Source of the DNA: Octopus bimaculoides
Taxonomy: Eukaryota
Assembly: GCF_001194135.2 (NCBI RefSeq)
Contig: NC_069002.1
Location: 26,194,961-26,258,960 of the forward strand
Direction of reading: 5' to 3'
Length of the DNA stretch: 64,000 nt
Shown here: positions 24,601 to 37,941 of the stretch, in pieces
Position numbering within the stretch: the stretch's first letter is position 1
Layout of the letters: every line of letters starts with the position of its first letter
Notes under the pieces: generated by a model
The model's input: only the letters and a program-made list of their open reading frames with translations
Databases searched by the model: none
What the model was told of the DNA's origin: nothing
Made by a program: the position numbers and the translations under genes

Positions 24601-25209
24601 CATATTGGTAGAGCAATGAATTACATAATTCTTGCATTACTTTCAGTCACACATTTTTACACATGAGTTCAAATCCTGCTTGTGTCGACTTCACTCTTTT
24701 GTTCTTTCCAAGGTCAATACAATAACTTACTAATTAAAATACTGAGGTCAATCTAATGAAATTACTCCACACACCCCACCCCTGCAACTTGGCTCCTTTT
24801 CTCTCAAAATTCCTCACTTTGAGCCAGTCTTTGTTCATTTGTTCGTAATCTGTTTTACCATGCTAGCATGGGTGGGTAGAGAGTTTATTCTTCGAAGACA
24901 CTTACCGAAGTTACTTGGAAGTGGAACTGAATCTGAAACCATATGGTCTTGAAGGAAACATCTTAACAATGTAGCTATGCCTACACTAATTAAAAAAATC
25001 GTCATTAACATAACGATTTATCTCCAATTTAATATCAGTTTTCACCGCAACATTAATTACAGGCCTGTGTTGTTGCTTATCTCCAAGTCAGCACTTAATT
25101 AACTGAGATATGATCAAAGCATTTCCAGCTGTGACCATCCTGTCTTTTCTCTACATCTTTTTTCTTTGTTAGAATACATTATTCAACATATGTTCCGATT
25201 ATGGAAGCG

Positions 25210-25594
25210 TTAACCCTTTTGTTATCATATTTCTGTTGAAATAGGCTATTTTTGCTTCAATTAATTTTGGAAATAATAAAGAATTTAGTATAACAACTTT
25301 GGTGTTATTAAACTGGTCTTTGGAACATAAATTAGAATGAAATTATGATGGAAGGTTTTAATTTAGATCACTTTAACCCCTTTGTTACCATATTTCTGTT
25401 GATACACACTGCAGTTGTGTCAATTTATTTTGAAAATAAGGGAGAGTTTAGTAAAATAACTTTGTCATAATTAAGCTGATATTATAAATATAAATTAATT
25501 TGATGGAAGGTATTAATTTACATCACTTTAAAATTTGAAGTTTGTCTCATAGAACCAAGGATGGCTTCGAACAAGTTGATCTCCAAAGGGCTAA
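25210..25594 (+). mobile_element. Two tandem piggyBac-like MITE units
   Basis: TTAACCCTTT start at 25210, second TTAACCCC at about 25373, end AAAGGGCTAA. Confidence 0.7.
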
Positions 25595-25799
25595 AGAGTT
25601 ATTTGAGGGTTATCTGTTGTATCTTGCCAAAAGGTAGGGCTTCTCTTAATGAGAAATAATTCAAGTAGGAATATGCTAAACATCATAAGCAACACAGTAA
25701 TTTACAAAAGAGAGTGGAATCGATCTCCCCAGCAAGAACATTTTTGCTTTTCATAATAGCATGTTTTGAATAGTGTATTGTTGGGTTTATCTTTTATTG

Positions 25800-26585
25800 T
25801 TTATTTTTTACTTGTTTCAGTCATTGGACTGCAACCTTACTGAGGCAGAATACCTATTTTTTTTTAAAGCTTGGTACTTATTTTGTTGCTCTCTTTTGCT
25901 GAGCCACTATGTTATGGGAAAATAACTACTCCAACACAGGTGGTGGGTGGGACAAGTGCAAGCACAAAGACACACACAGAGTTCATATACAGGGTTATTC
26001 AAAAAGAATGAACCAATTTCATTACGCAATATTTTAATAAGGAAAAGCAATAGAAAAACTCCAGCTAAGTTACAAGTATTTACTCACAATCAACTTCTTT
26101 TATTTCCTGTCTTACAAGTGTTCAATATGGCTACCAGCTGCAGCATGGGCAACATCAATGTGATAAGAGAATTCCTCCCAGACATGTATCAGCACATCAC
26201 AATCCACTGAGTACTTCTTTGGCTGTCTGGTTGAATGCTTTATCAAAGTTTTTCCATTTTTCTTCTGTGTCAATATCTTCTGGAATCGCCTCAAGCAAAG
26301 CAAATTTATTCTTTAGTTCCATAATAAACTTGCTTCTGATATGCTGACACGTGTCTGGGAGGAATTCTCTTATCACATTGATGTTGCCCGTGCTGCAGGT
26401 GGTGGCCACTTTGAACACTTGTAAGACAGGAAGTAAAAGTTGATTGTGAGTAAATACTGCTGACTCACAAGGGTCTGGTCAGCCCGAGGCTATTGTAGAA
26501 GACACTTACCCAAGATGCCACACAGTGAGACTGAACCTGGAACCATGTGGTTGTGAAGTAAATTTCATACCACTCAACCATGGTC
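25800..26585 (-). mobile_element. Old SINE family A split by a Tc1/mariner derivative
   Basis: Tail part 25800-25985, head part 26459-26585. Confidence 0.65.
25990..26458. mobile_element. Tc1/mariner-type non-autonomous derivative: two inverted 3' ends around an RTE fragment
   Basis: TA|CAGGGTTATTCAAAAAG terminus; arms 26075-26198 / 26338-26458 encode VWEEFSYHIDVA(H/R)AA(A/G)G(S/G)H(I/F)EHL*. Confidence 0.75.
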
Positions 26586-27442
26586 ACTCAATTTTTTTTG
26601 CATAACTTTTAACCTGTAGTGCAATAGTAATAAGGAGTGCTCAATCCAAAACATTGATGGTTCAAATCTATGCTACTCTGATTTTCCTGACAATATTGCT
26701 GCTATGTTCTGTCATAGTGGGTCACCTTAGAGTGCCTCTTACATTGTTCTGTACAATCGCATGTCACTTAAATATATACAACATTACTTTATTGTTGAAT
26801 TATTGTTAATTTGTCAGATGATAGCATATTTTTTCAGTTGCTATTTCAACATGGTTTTTGTTATTTCAATATCTCATCTATCTTATGTCTTACCATAGTT
26901 TAAACTATATTTTTATTATGTTTGCTGAGTGCCATTTTCTCACAAATGAAAACCCTTCCTTCTGCATAAAATTCCATAATGATTCTAAAAGTCATACAAG
27001 AATAACAAATACAAACTTTTCATGCTGTTCTCATCTTAAAAAATCTGCCAACACTTAGGAGAAGGCTGGACAATAAATCATAGCCTCCTTGTTATTCAGC
27101 ACCCGCATACAACTAAACACAGCACGACTCAGTGTACATTTGGTTACACAGAGTGTTGAAACAAGGAGCATCTGGTGTGCAGACTTTGTAGACTGGCTTC
27201 TAAATGTCTGTTTGCTCATCTCTGCAAGTTGTTTGCTTGAGATTGGCAGATTAGAGCTGTCTGAGACCTACGGGGTCTGGCTGACTCTGGCTGGGGCCTT
27301 GACAGGAGACAGAAATAAGCAAATTGACAGACCATTCAGGCTGTGTTAACACGGGGGTGACAAAAGGCTGTTGAAAGTTTTCTTTCATAAAAAACAGTAA
27401 TTGCATTTCATTATTGTTTTACATGGGTATTCTATAATTCTT

Positions 27443-27619
27443 CTCTTACTTGTTTCAGTCATTTGACTGCAGCCATGCTGGAGCACCACCTTTTAGTCAA
27501 GCAAATCGACCCCAAGACTTATTCTTTGTTAGCCTAGTACTTATTCTATCAGATTCTTTTTGGCGAACCACTATGTTACGAGGATGTAAACACACCAGCG
27601 TCACATCTCAAGCGATGTT

Positions 27620-27718
<99 letters not shown>

Positions 27719-27873
27719 GCTTCTTTCAGTTTCCGTCTACCAAATCCACTCACAAGGCTTTGGTTGGCCCGAGGCTATAGTAGAAGACACTTGCCCAAGG
27801 TGCGACGCAGTGGGACTGAACCCTGAACTATGTGGTTCGTAAGCAAGCTACTTACCACACAACCACTCCTGCG
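27443..27873 (-). mobile_element. SINE family A, full-length
   Basis: Colinear with other copies; central (CA)n(TA)n. Confidence 0.9.
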
Positions 27874-28358
27874 CTTATAAAGCCACTTTTGTGCCTATGC
27901 AGTATAGTCATATTTTGCCTAAATGGAATAAACAGAACAACAGGAGACACTTGGGATAGTGAGTTGCTGAAGAGGTCACAGGAGGTGTGATGAAAGAGCT
28001 TTGACAAAGAAAATAAAATAAGAATAAAGCTGATGTGTGTGTGTTTAATTGGCAAGAATATGACCATCCCAAGTATAACAATATCTGTTCCAACACGCAG
28101 TTTCATATCAAGAATCTTGCAAAACACGTACACATACATTTCATTAATCAAGCTAAAATCACATTTGTGTTTGTTGTATTTGCTGCTGTTGTAGAATTGG
28201 TTTAGTCCTCTCATCAAGATGCTCTATGATCAAAGATATTCCTTTTATGACCCTCTCTTCTTTTTCCATGTGTGGAACTACAATGTTCAGTGTGTTATTA
28301 CTTCTTAAAACAGTGGGTTGTAACTTAACCCTTTTGAAATACACAGCCTTTGTTCCAA

Positions 28359-28743
28359 TTGTTGTTGGCACTCCGTCGCTTACGACGTCGACAGTTCCTG
28401 TTGATCCGATCAACGGAACAACCTGCTCGTGAAATTAACGTGCAAGTGGCTGAGCACTCCACAGATACGTGTACCCATAACGTAGTTCTCTGGGATATTC
28501 AGCTTGACACAGTGTGACACGGCTGACCCATTGAATTACAGGCACAACAGAAACGGGAAGTAAGAGTGAGAGAAAGTTGTGGTGGAAGAGTACAGCAGGG
28601 TTCGCCACCATCCCCTGCCGAAGCCTTGTGGAGCTTTAGGTGTTTTAAGTCAATAAACACTCACAATGCCCGGTCTGGGAATCGAATCCGCAATCCTATG
28701 ACCGCGAGTCCGCTACCCTAACCACTGGGCCATTGCGCCTCCA
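28359..28743 (-). mobile_element. SINE family B, full-length
   Basis: Reverse complement of 10674-11069. Confidence 0.9.
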
Positions 28744-28749
28744 CTATGT

Positions 28750-29156
28750 TCCACTTAATTTTGAAAATAACAAAGAATTTAGTAAAATATTTTTGCCATG
28801 ATTAAGCTTGGAACATTGGTCAATATGAGATTTTGATTGAAGATGTTAATTTGGATCACTTTAAAACAGGATGCTTATGTCATAGAACCAGGGTCAGCCT
28901 GAGGCAGATTGGTATCAAAAGAATTAATCCTTTTGTTACCACGTTTCTTTTGAAAGGCACTACCTTTCTTTCAATTAATTTTGAAAATAATGAAGAATTC
29001 GTTAAGATAACTCTGTCATTATTATTAAGCTTGTGTTTGGAACATTAATTAACATGAAATTTTGATGGAAGGTTTTAATTTAGATCATTTTAAAAAAAGG
29101 AATTTACATCATAGTACCATGGGCAATTTCAGGCAGGTTCATATCAAAAGGGTTAA
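28750..29156 (+). mobile_element. Tandem piggyBac-like MITE units
   Basis: Same family as 25210-25594; ends ATCAAAAGGG|TTAA. Confidence 0.7.
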
Positions 29157-29489
29157 GGGAGATATTGCTGCTAATTTCACCAAGTCAAATGACTTGGATA
29201 GACATCTTATTTTGATGCTAATTATACTTATATTTGCAACAGATTTGGTAATACCATAGAGTTGGTAAAAGTTAGAAAAATGATTGTAGTTGAGGACTAG
29301 TTCAGGCATCCATTGACAAAATCTTTCATATAAGCCTAATATTTTTTCTCAAGTAAGTGTGAAAAACTGCGTTTATGGAGATGGACAATGATTAACCTAG
29401 GTGCTCATCCCTTTTAAAGCAGTGCTAATAACTTATTGATGCAGAGCAAGGTAAATATAATATAAAATATATATAATATAATATATATA

Positions 29490-29755
29490 TAGGCATAGCA
29501 GTGACTATGTGGTAAGTAGCTTGCTTACCAACCACATGGTTCCAGGTCCAGTTCCTCTGCATGGCACCTTGGGCAAGTGTCTTCTACTATAGCCTCGGGC
29601 CAACCAGAGTCTTGTGAGTGGATTTGGTAGATGGAAACTGAAAGAAGCCTGTCGTATATATATTTATGTATATGTTTGTATGTCTGTGTTTTCCCTCACC
29701 CATCATTGCTTGACAACCAATGTTGGTGTGTTTACACCCCTGTAACTTGGCGGTG

Positions 29756-29760
<5 letters not shown>
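29490..29760 (+). mobile_element. SINE family A, 3'-truncated
   Basis: Head and centre present, stops at GTAACTTGGCGG. Confidence 0.8.
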
Positions 29761-29786
<26 letters not shown>

Positions 29787-30189
29787 GTATGACTTGTTAA
29801 GGATATCTCTACACAGCCGTAACTATGATTTCAATAGAAAATCTGTAGAAATAACCTTAACAAGAGATGTAATAGCACTGCTAACACAGAACACAGTATT
29901 GACTTATAAAACAATGTTTAATATACTTTGTAGTATATCGTGGTTACAGAACAAAATAGTGTCTCTATACACACACACACACACACACACACATATGTGT
30001 ATATATAAATATATATATGTATATATATGTGTATATATACATATCACTATGCATATATGTATACGTTTATGTGTTCATTATATTTGTTCACCCTGGGTAT
30101 TTTATATTAGATTAAAAGCTATGACGCTACTTTATATGAGAAGATTCTGTGTGTGTGTGTGTGTGTGTAATCTTTTAATCTTGTATGAT

Positions 30190-30640
30190 CAGAATCATGA
30201 TGATGATGGTGATGAAGTTCATGATGATGATGATGATAGTAGTAGTGGTGGTGGTGATGATTAATGATGGTGGTGGTGGTGTCAGTTGTTTTGATGATGA
30301 AGATGATGATGGTTATGGATTTTGTTGTGCTGATCATGACAATGATGATGATGATTATGTTGGTGATTTTGCTGACGAACAACGATGGCATCAATAACGA
30401 TTGTGTTGTTGTTGTTGGTGGTGGTGGTGATGATGATGATGATGATGATGATTGTGAGAATGATGCAGATGTAGCTGTTTTGGTGATGTGATGATGATGA
30501 TGATGATGATAGCAACAGTCATGAAGTTGATGGCAATGATAGTAGTACTGCTGCTGTTGCTGATGATGATGACGATGCGAATGTGGTAGTGATAGCAGTG
30601 GTTTTGATGATGATGATGATGATGATGACGACGACAATGA
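30190..30640. repeat. Degenerate (GAT)n array
   Basis: Imperfect GAT/GGT/GTT repeats. Confidence 0.9.
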
Positions 30641-31212
30641 CGTCTCTAAAGAAAGAAAATACCTCCTACGCACACCAATCAATAGAATTAACGATGAAGG
30701 CTGTTGATGAGCTCCTCTTGATTACCGTCTGTTCGTCAGCACACTGCAGTTTGTGCTCTTCATTAAGTTAAAACCAACGAGTTTGATTCAGGCTTCCTTT
30801 CCACCACCACCACCACCATCCCCATTGGCCACAGCCACCACCACTGGCCACGACCACCTCCAGTGATCGGAACATATTAGCCTCACTTCAATATTCATTC
30901 TCCGTACTGAACATCTCATTTCAGCGAGACGAACAGACAGAAACGCATCCAGTCAGTATTGTTTAATTCAACNNNNNNNNNNNNNNNNNNNNNNNNNNNN
31001 NNNNNNNNNNNNNNNNNNNNNNNNNNNNNNNNNNNNNNNNNNNNNNNNNNNNTCTTGCCCAACAAACTATTTGCTTTCTTCATTGATAGTATTTCATTAA
31101 CAAACTGATTAATTACAAACTTAATAGTTCAACTTAATTATAGTTTTAATTTGGTTTTGTTTTTTTTTGTCTTTTCTTCAATTTCTTCTTGTTTGATCAT
31201 TTCTGTTATTAT

Positions 31213-31243
<31 letters not shown>

Positions 31244-31291
31244 GTTATTATTATTATTATTATTATTATTGTTGTTGTAACTCTTGTTATC

Positions 31292-31725
31292 AAGGTGGTG
31301 AGCTGGCAGAATCATTAGTGCACAGGGCAGAATGCTTTGCCGCATTCATCTGTCTTTATGTCCTGAGTTCAAATTCCGTCAGATCAACTTTGCCATTCTT
31401 CCTTATGGGTTGATGAAACCAACTTACCCACCTTGCCTGATATTGCTGGCCTTGTGCCAAAGTTTGTAATCATTATCACTATTATTATCATTACGGTTGG
31501 CAAGCTCGTTAGCAAGAGTCGTTAACATGTCAGATAAAATGCTTAGTGGCATTTTCTCTGTCTTCAGGCTCTTAGCTCAAATTCCACCAAGGTCGGCTTT
31601 GTCTTTCGTTCTTTCAGGGTTGATAAAATAAGTACCAGTTATACACTGTCTTGATGCAATTGACTAACCCCCACCCCAGCCCCCAAAATTTAGGGCCTCG
31701 TGTCTATAACAATGAGGATTATTAT

Positions 31726-31730
<5 letters not shown>
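31292..31730 (+). mobile_element. Two tandem SINE family D copies with (ATT)n/(ACT)n tails
   Basis: GGTGAGCTGGCAGAATC..TTAG heads; GAGTTCAAATTCC..GGTC.ACTTTGCC..TC.TTC..GGGTTGATAAAATAAGTACC core. Confidence 0.75.
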
Positions 31731-31773
<43 letters not shown>

Positions 31774-32499
31774 ATGGCCAGTTGTTTTACTAAAATTGAT
31801 TTATCGAAACATAGCTAAATATTGAAGAAAGAAAATATCTTTTAAAGATAACACAAATTAGAAATAAAATAACCATTTGCTAAAACAAATTATTGTTTTT
31901 TACTGTTTTGTGCTATATTTCAATGTACACCATTTTAGATATACATGGCGCCACAAACATGAAATTATTAAATTCATACAGACATGTTTTTTATTTTGTA
32001 AATTTCCTGTTTTCTATCATTTGGTCGCTTCTGATACCTTCTGGGTCTAATAAATTAAGTTTGATTAAGAAATTTTGTTTGATTAAAAACAAATCCGTCT
32101 ACTCTACTGACCACAACATTCAGGCTGTCATGTGTAAACACTGCAATAGGGTTATGTTGGACCTCTATCAGTCAGTGTTGTCAATGTATGTAAATCTGTG
32201 TAGCAGAAATACAGACCTGGCAAATTTAGGCATTTTCCCATAGATTAAAAAAACGATGAACACCCTCAATCAATTTTCGGATCTTATTGGGGTCTCATCA
32301 GTGCTGTCTGTTTTACTTTGAAAAATCCCAGAGAAATGAGTAGCCATTCTGTTTACATATGGATCCAGCCTAGTAGTTTCAGAGAACTGGAGCTACTAAT
32401 ATGCATAATATTCACACTGCTAGTATTCAGCACTTTATTTAATATCAGTGGCCCGTCAGTAGGGATTTCAGTCTACAAACTATCAGGGCAAAGGGTAAA

Positions 32500-32815
32500 G
32501 ACACCCTTCAGTCCTGCACCTAGAAAGTTACCCTCTGAGGCACAAGTCTCGACAAGGTTATTTTATGGAAGACCAGAAGTTTCCCATGCATACCAGCCTC
32601 CCCTTTCTATGCCACTGTTGTTATCGAAGGCAAAGGCAAAGGCTGATACAGCTTAGCACCAGTGATGTCGCAACTCATTTCTCCAGATGAGTGACCTGGA
32701 GCAATGTGAAATAAAGTGTCTTGCTCAAGAACACAACACACAGCCCGGTTCAGGAATTGAACTCACAACCTCATGTTTGTGAGCCTGATGCTGTAACCAC
32801 TGAGCCATGCACCTT
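32500..32815 (-). mobile_element. SINE family C
   Basis: Reverse complement of 42101-42435. Confidence 0.85.
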
Positions 32816-33497
32816 CATACGAAGTATGATATAGATATAAGATATGCAAACCCATGTAGTAGAAATACAAACATGGTAAATTAACCCACATGTGACAAGA
32901 TTTTTTGAGGGACGTTAGTAGTTGCTCATGAATGAAGGTCTTCTCTCTCTCTCTCTCTCTCCTTGCCACTGATGGTTATCCTAAGGAAAGGCTCCCTTAT
33001 GGGACCGATACAGGTTGGTGCTCAAATTGTTGCTGGTGTTGCTTTCAGAATGTGAAGGGTTAAGGAAGATACCTCAAGGTATCTCACCTGACCCTCTAAA
33101 ATTTCCAATGATCCACCACTCTAGATTAGTGTTTTTTGTTTACTGACCCCCAAAAGGATGAAAGGTAAATTTGATCTGAGTGAGATTTGAACTCAGATTC
33201 CAAAGAATCACAACAGATGTCACAAGGGATTCTGTACAATGTGCTAAAACCTCTGCTGATTTACTTCCACATATATGAAGATATACAATACACACGCATA
33301 AGCAAATGAGCTGAAATAAAGGCGAAATCTTGATATCCACCAATATTCTCGTTCATTTATTGGTTTATTCATTTTGCCTGGTTATGGGGCATCCAGAGTT
33401 TTTAACACCCAACACCTTAAAGGGACATTTCCCGGGAGAAAATCACATGGCTAATAAGCATGTAAACCAACCACATGCATTGAGTATGTGACATTGG

Positions 33498-33538
<41 letters not shown>

Positions 33539-33595
33539 TAGGAAGGACAGCGAAAGAAAGAAAGAAACCTCGATATTATGTAAATAGAGGAATTT

Positions 33596-33727
33596 ATCTG
33601 TAAAAATATGTGACACTTATTCGGTAGCCATGATAAAACTCTGAGTTTCGGATGCCGGGGTGGGAGCCCGCGCCATCATCTCTTCAGTTATCTGGCTACC
33701 AAATAAGTGTCACATATTTTTACAGAT
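33596..33727 (-). ncRNA. Candidate type-I hammerhead ribozyme with about 40-bp stem I
   Basis: Minus: arm-CTGAAGA-GATG..CATC-C-GAAAC-TCAGA-GTT-arm. Confidence 0.55.
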
Positions 33728-33944
33728 ATATATATATTTGTCATGTGATCTCTTGTTATTCTGGGTGTACAAGATCTTCTGGCAGATTATGACAGCCATA
33801 ATTTGTCTGAAGAAATTGAACACCAACAGGTGAAACTCAGAGTAGCAAGACATGGCCTGACCAAAATAAAATATCATATTAAGCTCTACTGTAGTATTGA
33901 GTACTCTTTCCTGACACTTGAAACTAAATTTCCATTCTAACTCT

Positions 33945-34082
33945 CTTTCTTCCTTCCTTACTTCCTTCCTTTCTTTCTCATTCTTTCTTTCTTTGTCTTT
34001 CCCTCTTTTTCTTTCCTTTCTTTCTTTGTCTTTCTTTTTCTTTCTTTCTTTCTTTCTTTCTTTGTCATTTTCTTTCTCTTTT

Positions 34083-34133
<51 letters not shown>

Positions 34134-34210
34134 CTCTGTCTCTTTCTTTGTCTTTTTCTTTCTCTTTTCCTTCCTTCCTTCCTTCCATCTATCCATCCAT
34201 CCATCCATCC
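33945..34210. repeat. Polypyrimidine/polypurine tract (CTTT)n-(CCTT)n-(CCAT)n
   Basis: About 260 nt of nearly pure pyrimidines on plus. Confidence 0.9.
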
Positions 34211-34629
34211 ATTCTGGCACAAATAAACCTTTAGACAACAGTGAGTGAATGTTAGATTAAAGAACCCTTTGGATAGAAAAAGTCCAAAGTTGCAAGTGGG
34301 AATTGAAACCATATGAAACATATATATATATATATATATCCGGTTGTGAGTACACACATGCACGTGCGCACACAAACACAAGGNNNNNNNNNNAGTACAC
34401 ACATGCACGTGCGCACACAAACACAAGGATATGCATGTAAACAAGAATAGCATGTTTGCACATGGATTTTGTTAGACGTTTGTGATGTAGATGGATTCAG
34501 TCTGTAGCTAAGAACCAAAGTCACAGACTTACTTTCCCCGACACTGAAGTATCTGTGGACCTCAGCTGGTGCCACATGTGCACGCATGTGTTACATGGAC
34601 ATTTGGCATGTGCATATGGGTGCACACAC

Positions 34630-34642
34630 ATGTAGATATATA

Positions 34643-34715
<73 letters not shown>

Positions 34716-34873
34716 ATTGCATGAACATATATAAATTGATTATATGCATATCTATATGTTTGTGTGTGTGTGTGTGTATATATAAATTGATTATATATGT
34801 ATATATATATATATATATGTAATATATGTTTGTATTTATATACATATTTGTATGTATTATTTATTTATGTATA

Positions 34874-34923
<50 letters not shown>

Positions 34924-35082
34924 TATATACACACATGTATATACATATATATACACATGTATATATATGTATATACATATGTATATATATTTATTTATAT
35001 ATATATATGTATATACATATGTATATACATGTGTGTGTGTGTATATATATATATACGCACACACATACACACACTCACACAC

Positions 35083-35113
<31 letters not shown>

Positions 35114-35797
35114 NNNNNNNNNNTATATATATATATATATATATATACACCTGTATATATATATATATATACATATACGCACAGATGTATATGCACATGT
35201 GTGTATAAATATATAGATAGACTGATAGATGTACATTAATATATATAATCAATTTAGAAAATCATGTTAAAACAGGAGTTAAACTAAGTGTAACGGCTAT
35301 TAAAGGAATTACAATTGGTAATATATCATCTCCAAGCCAGGCTGGAACATTCCATTCTGTCTGCCTGCGACCACTGCCACCACTGCTGCCGTTTCTGTGA
35401 GAGTTTTATAGTCTATAATTTAACTATTACTATCTTAAGTTATACAATGGGAACTAGCAGCATTTGCCGGATTGAAAGTACACTTTTGAAAATTAGATTC
35501 ACTGCTCCATGCTGATCACCAATTAATTTTATTGGCTATCATAACGATCTTCACTTAATGGGTTGCATGTATGCACAGCAAAGTCACATTGCAATCAATA
35601 CACAAACACACACTCTCTATCACTCTCTTTCGCTTGAATGCATACATGGATACACATTCATGCACACTCATGCAACGCATGCTTACACATGTTTGCATAT
35701 TCACATGAATGCATTTATGTAGATATATATATATATATATATATTTATATACATATTTTAGATAGATAGATATTAATGTATATGAATGAATATGTGC

Positions 35798-35867
<70 letters not shown>

Positions 35868-36286
35868 ATATATATGTATGTATATACATAAATATATGTA
35901 TGTGTGTGTACATATATATGAATATATGTATATATGGGAGAATATACAAAAAATAACAACAGACGAGGACANNNNNNNNNNNNNNNNNNNNNNNNNNNNN
36001 NNNNNNNNNNNNNNNNNNNNNNNNNNNNNNNNNNNNNNNNNNNNNNNNNNNNNNNNNNNNNNNNNNNNNNNATATATATATGGATATAGTTAATTGGCGG
36101 GCGAGCGGGCGGATCTGCCGCAGCCCGGGGCGTGGAACGATGTCGACAGCATGTGTTTGTTTGCCGCATGCATGAAGGTTTGTAAATCTGACAATTGCAA
36201 ATGTGTAGCTGTAATTTTAAATATTGGTGTGTACGTACATGTGTGTATACATACATTCACACATATTCATTCATATATATATATGA

Positions 36287-36336
<50 letters not shown>

Positions 36337-36640
36337 GTATGCATACATATACACATGCATACACCTATGCGCATACACACAAACAAGCAAATGTATTTTC
36401 ATTTTAAATCATGAACTCTAAAATACTTTCACACCACACGCATATATACATATACACATTTGAAATTACACTAGCACTTTAAAATTTATCACAATCACCC
36501 CACACACACATGCACACACACACACATATATGCAAATTTGAAATTGCTGACACAGACGCAATGCATGTATACATACATAAACATTAGGCATATACTCATA
36601 TATATACACACACAAACATCACACATACACCCATACATCT
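34630..36640. repeat. Extended TA/CA/TG microsatellite-rich block
   Basis: Multiple compound dinucleotide arrays, three gaps. Confidence 0.85.
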
Positions 36641-36959
36641 ACAAACACAAAGTGGTTTGTTGTTTAGCATAGCATAATCTTTCTCTTGTTTTTTTTTTAT
36701 TATTTTATTTGTTTTGTTTATGTTGTTATGTACTTTAATTAATTTCTTGTAATTTCAATTAATTCAACCAATGCTTGCATGGAAAGTCGACATTAAGCCG
36801 ATAATATTGTTGATTATGATGAAGTTGTCATCCGGATAGAATTAAAGTCTGATGTTAATCATGGAAATAACATTAAGTTTTAGAAACCATTCTTTAAAAG
36901 CTTAATTTCGACAAACTTTCTCATTTCATTTCATCTACTTCTTATTAATGCCTCATCAC

Positions 36960-37550
36960 GACGATGACTGGTGTTTCATGTCCGAAGAGCATGAGGAATA
37001 GAAGCATACCCTCAAGTTGCTTTCCAAAATGATTGGTGATACTGCAGGGCTTTTCTTCCTGCCTGCATTTAGTAGTTTTAAAGTGGCAGTCAGTCCATAC
37101 AATCCAATCCCACTCTTCAGACTTGGAGGTCTGACCACAGTGGCTCAGGGGCCTAGATGGCTGTGGTGACCAGCAAGCTGTGTGTTTTACATTGGAGTGG
37201 CTTTCTCTTATGTGAATTGCCTCACTGGACTTTCCACAAGGGTGTCAAAATGGGCACCGAGCTGCTTGAGGGACTCCACTCTTTGCTTTGCTGTCAAGGT
37301 TGACACCCCAGCCTTTCCCTTTTCCCAAGACACTCACAAAGTAGTTAGGGTTTGTGCTTGGAGTTTCTTCCATGTCATGCTAACTAACCCATAACTGGGG
37401 CCCTGACAGTTGCTACCACTCTGGGCCAGAGATGACCTGGGGACAATGGTGGCTAAGAGGTGGTTCCACCCTCCTCAAAACTCAGGAACTCCTTGAGGCA
37501 GCCCCACTACCAGATGTAATTTAAAATCCTACCTAAGACACTGCTTCATT
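36960..37550 (-). mobile_element. Probable RTE-associated 5'/UTR remnant
   Basis: GC-richer block; CTACCACTCTGGGCCAGAG.TGACCTGGG motif recalled from RTE-type repeats; not verified. Confidence 0.35.
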
Positions 37551-37941
37551 AGAGAGTTAGATATTTTATCCATTGATACCTTGGCCAAGGGTCTTCTTCT
37601 GTGGTCCCAGGATCACCAAAGCCTTGTGAATAGATTCAGTAGACAGAAATCGGAGGAAGGCCCTCGTATATGTATTTACATATCTTTGTGTGAATTAGTG
37701 TGTGCCTGTGTTTGTGGTCACTTGTACAGAAGTGCACTGAGTGTTGTTCTTGTTGTTGCTGTTGTTGCCAAGCTGTTCAGTCACTTCATGTCTTTGAAGC
37801 AGTGTGGAGTAAGAAATTCCTTATACTCTCTTTACTCTTTTACTTGTTTCAGTCATTTGACTGTGGCCATGCTGAAGCACCGCCTTTAGTCGAGCAAATC
37901 GACCCCAGGATTTATTCTTTGTAAGCCTAGTACTTATTCTA

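Noticed and set aside
33710-34453. 247-aa Lys/Glu/Arg-rich ORF
   Set aside because: Product of the (CTTT)n tract; flanks are repeats and a gap.
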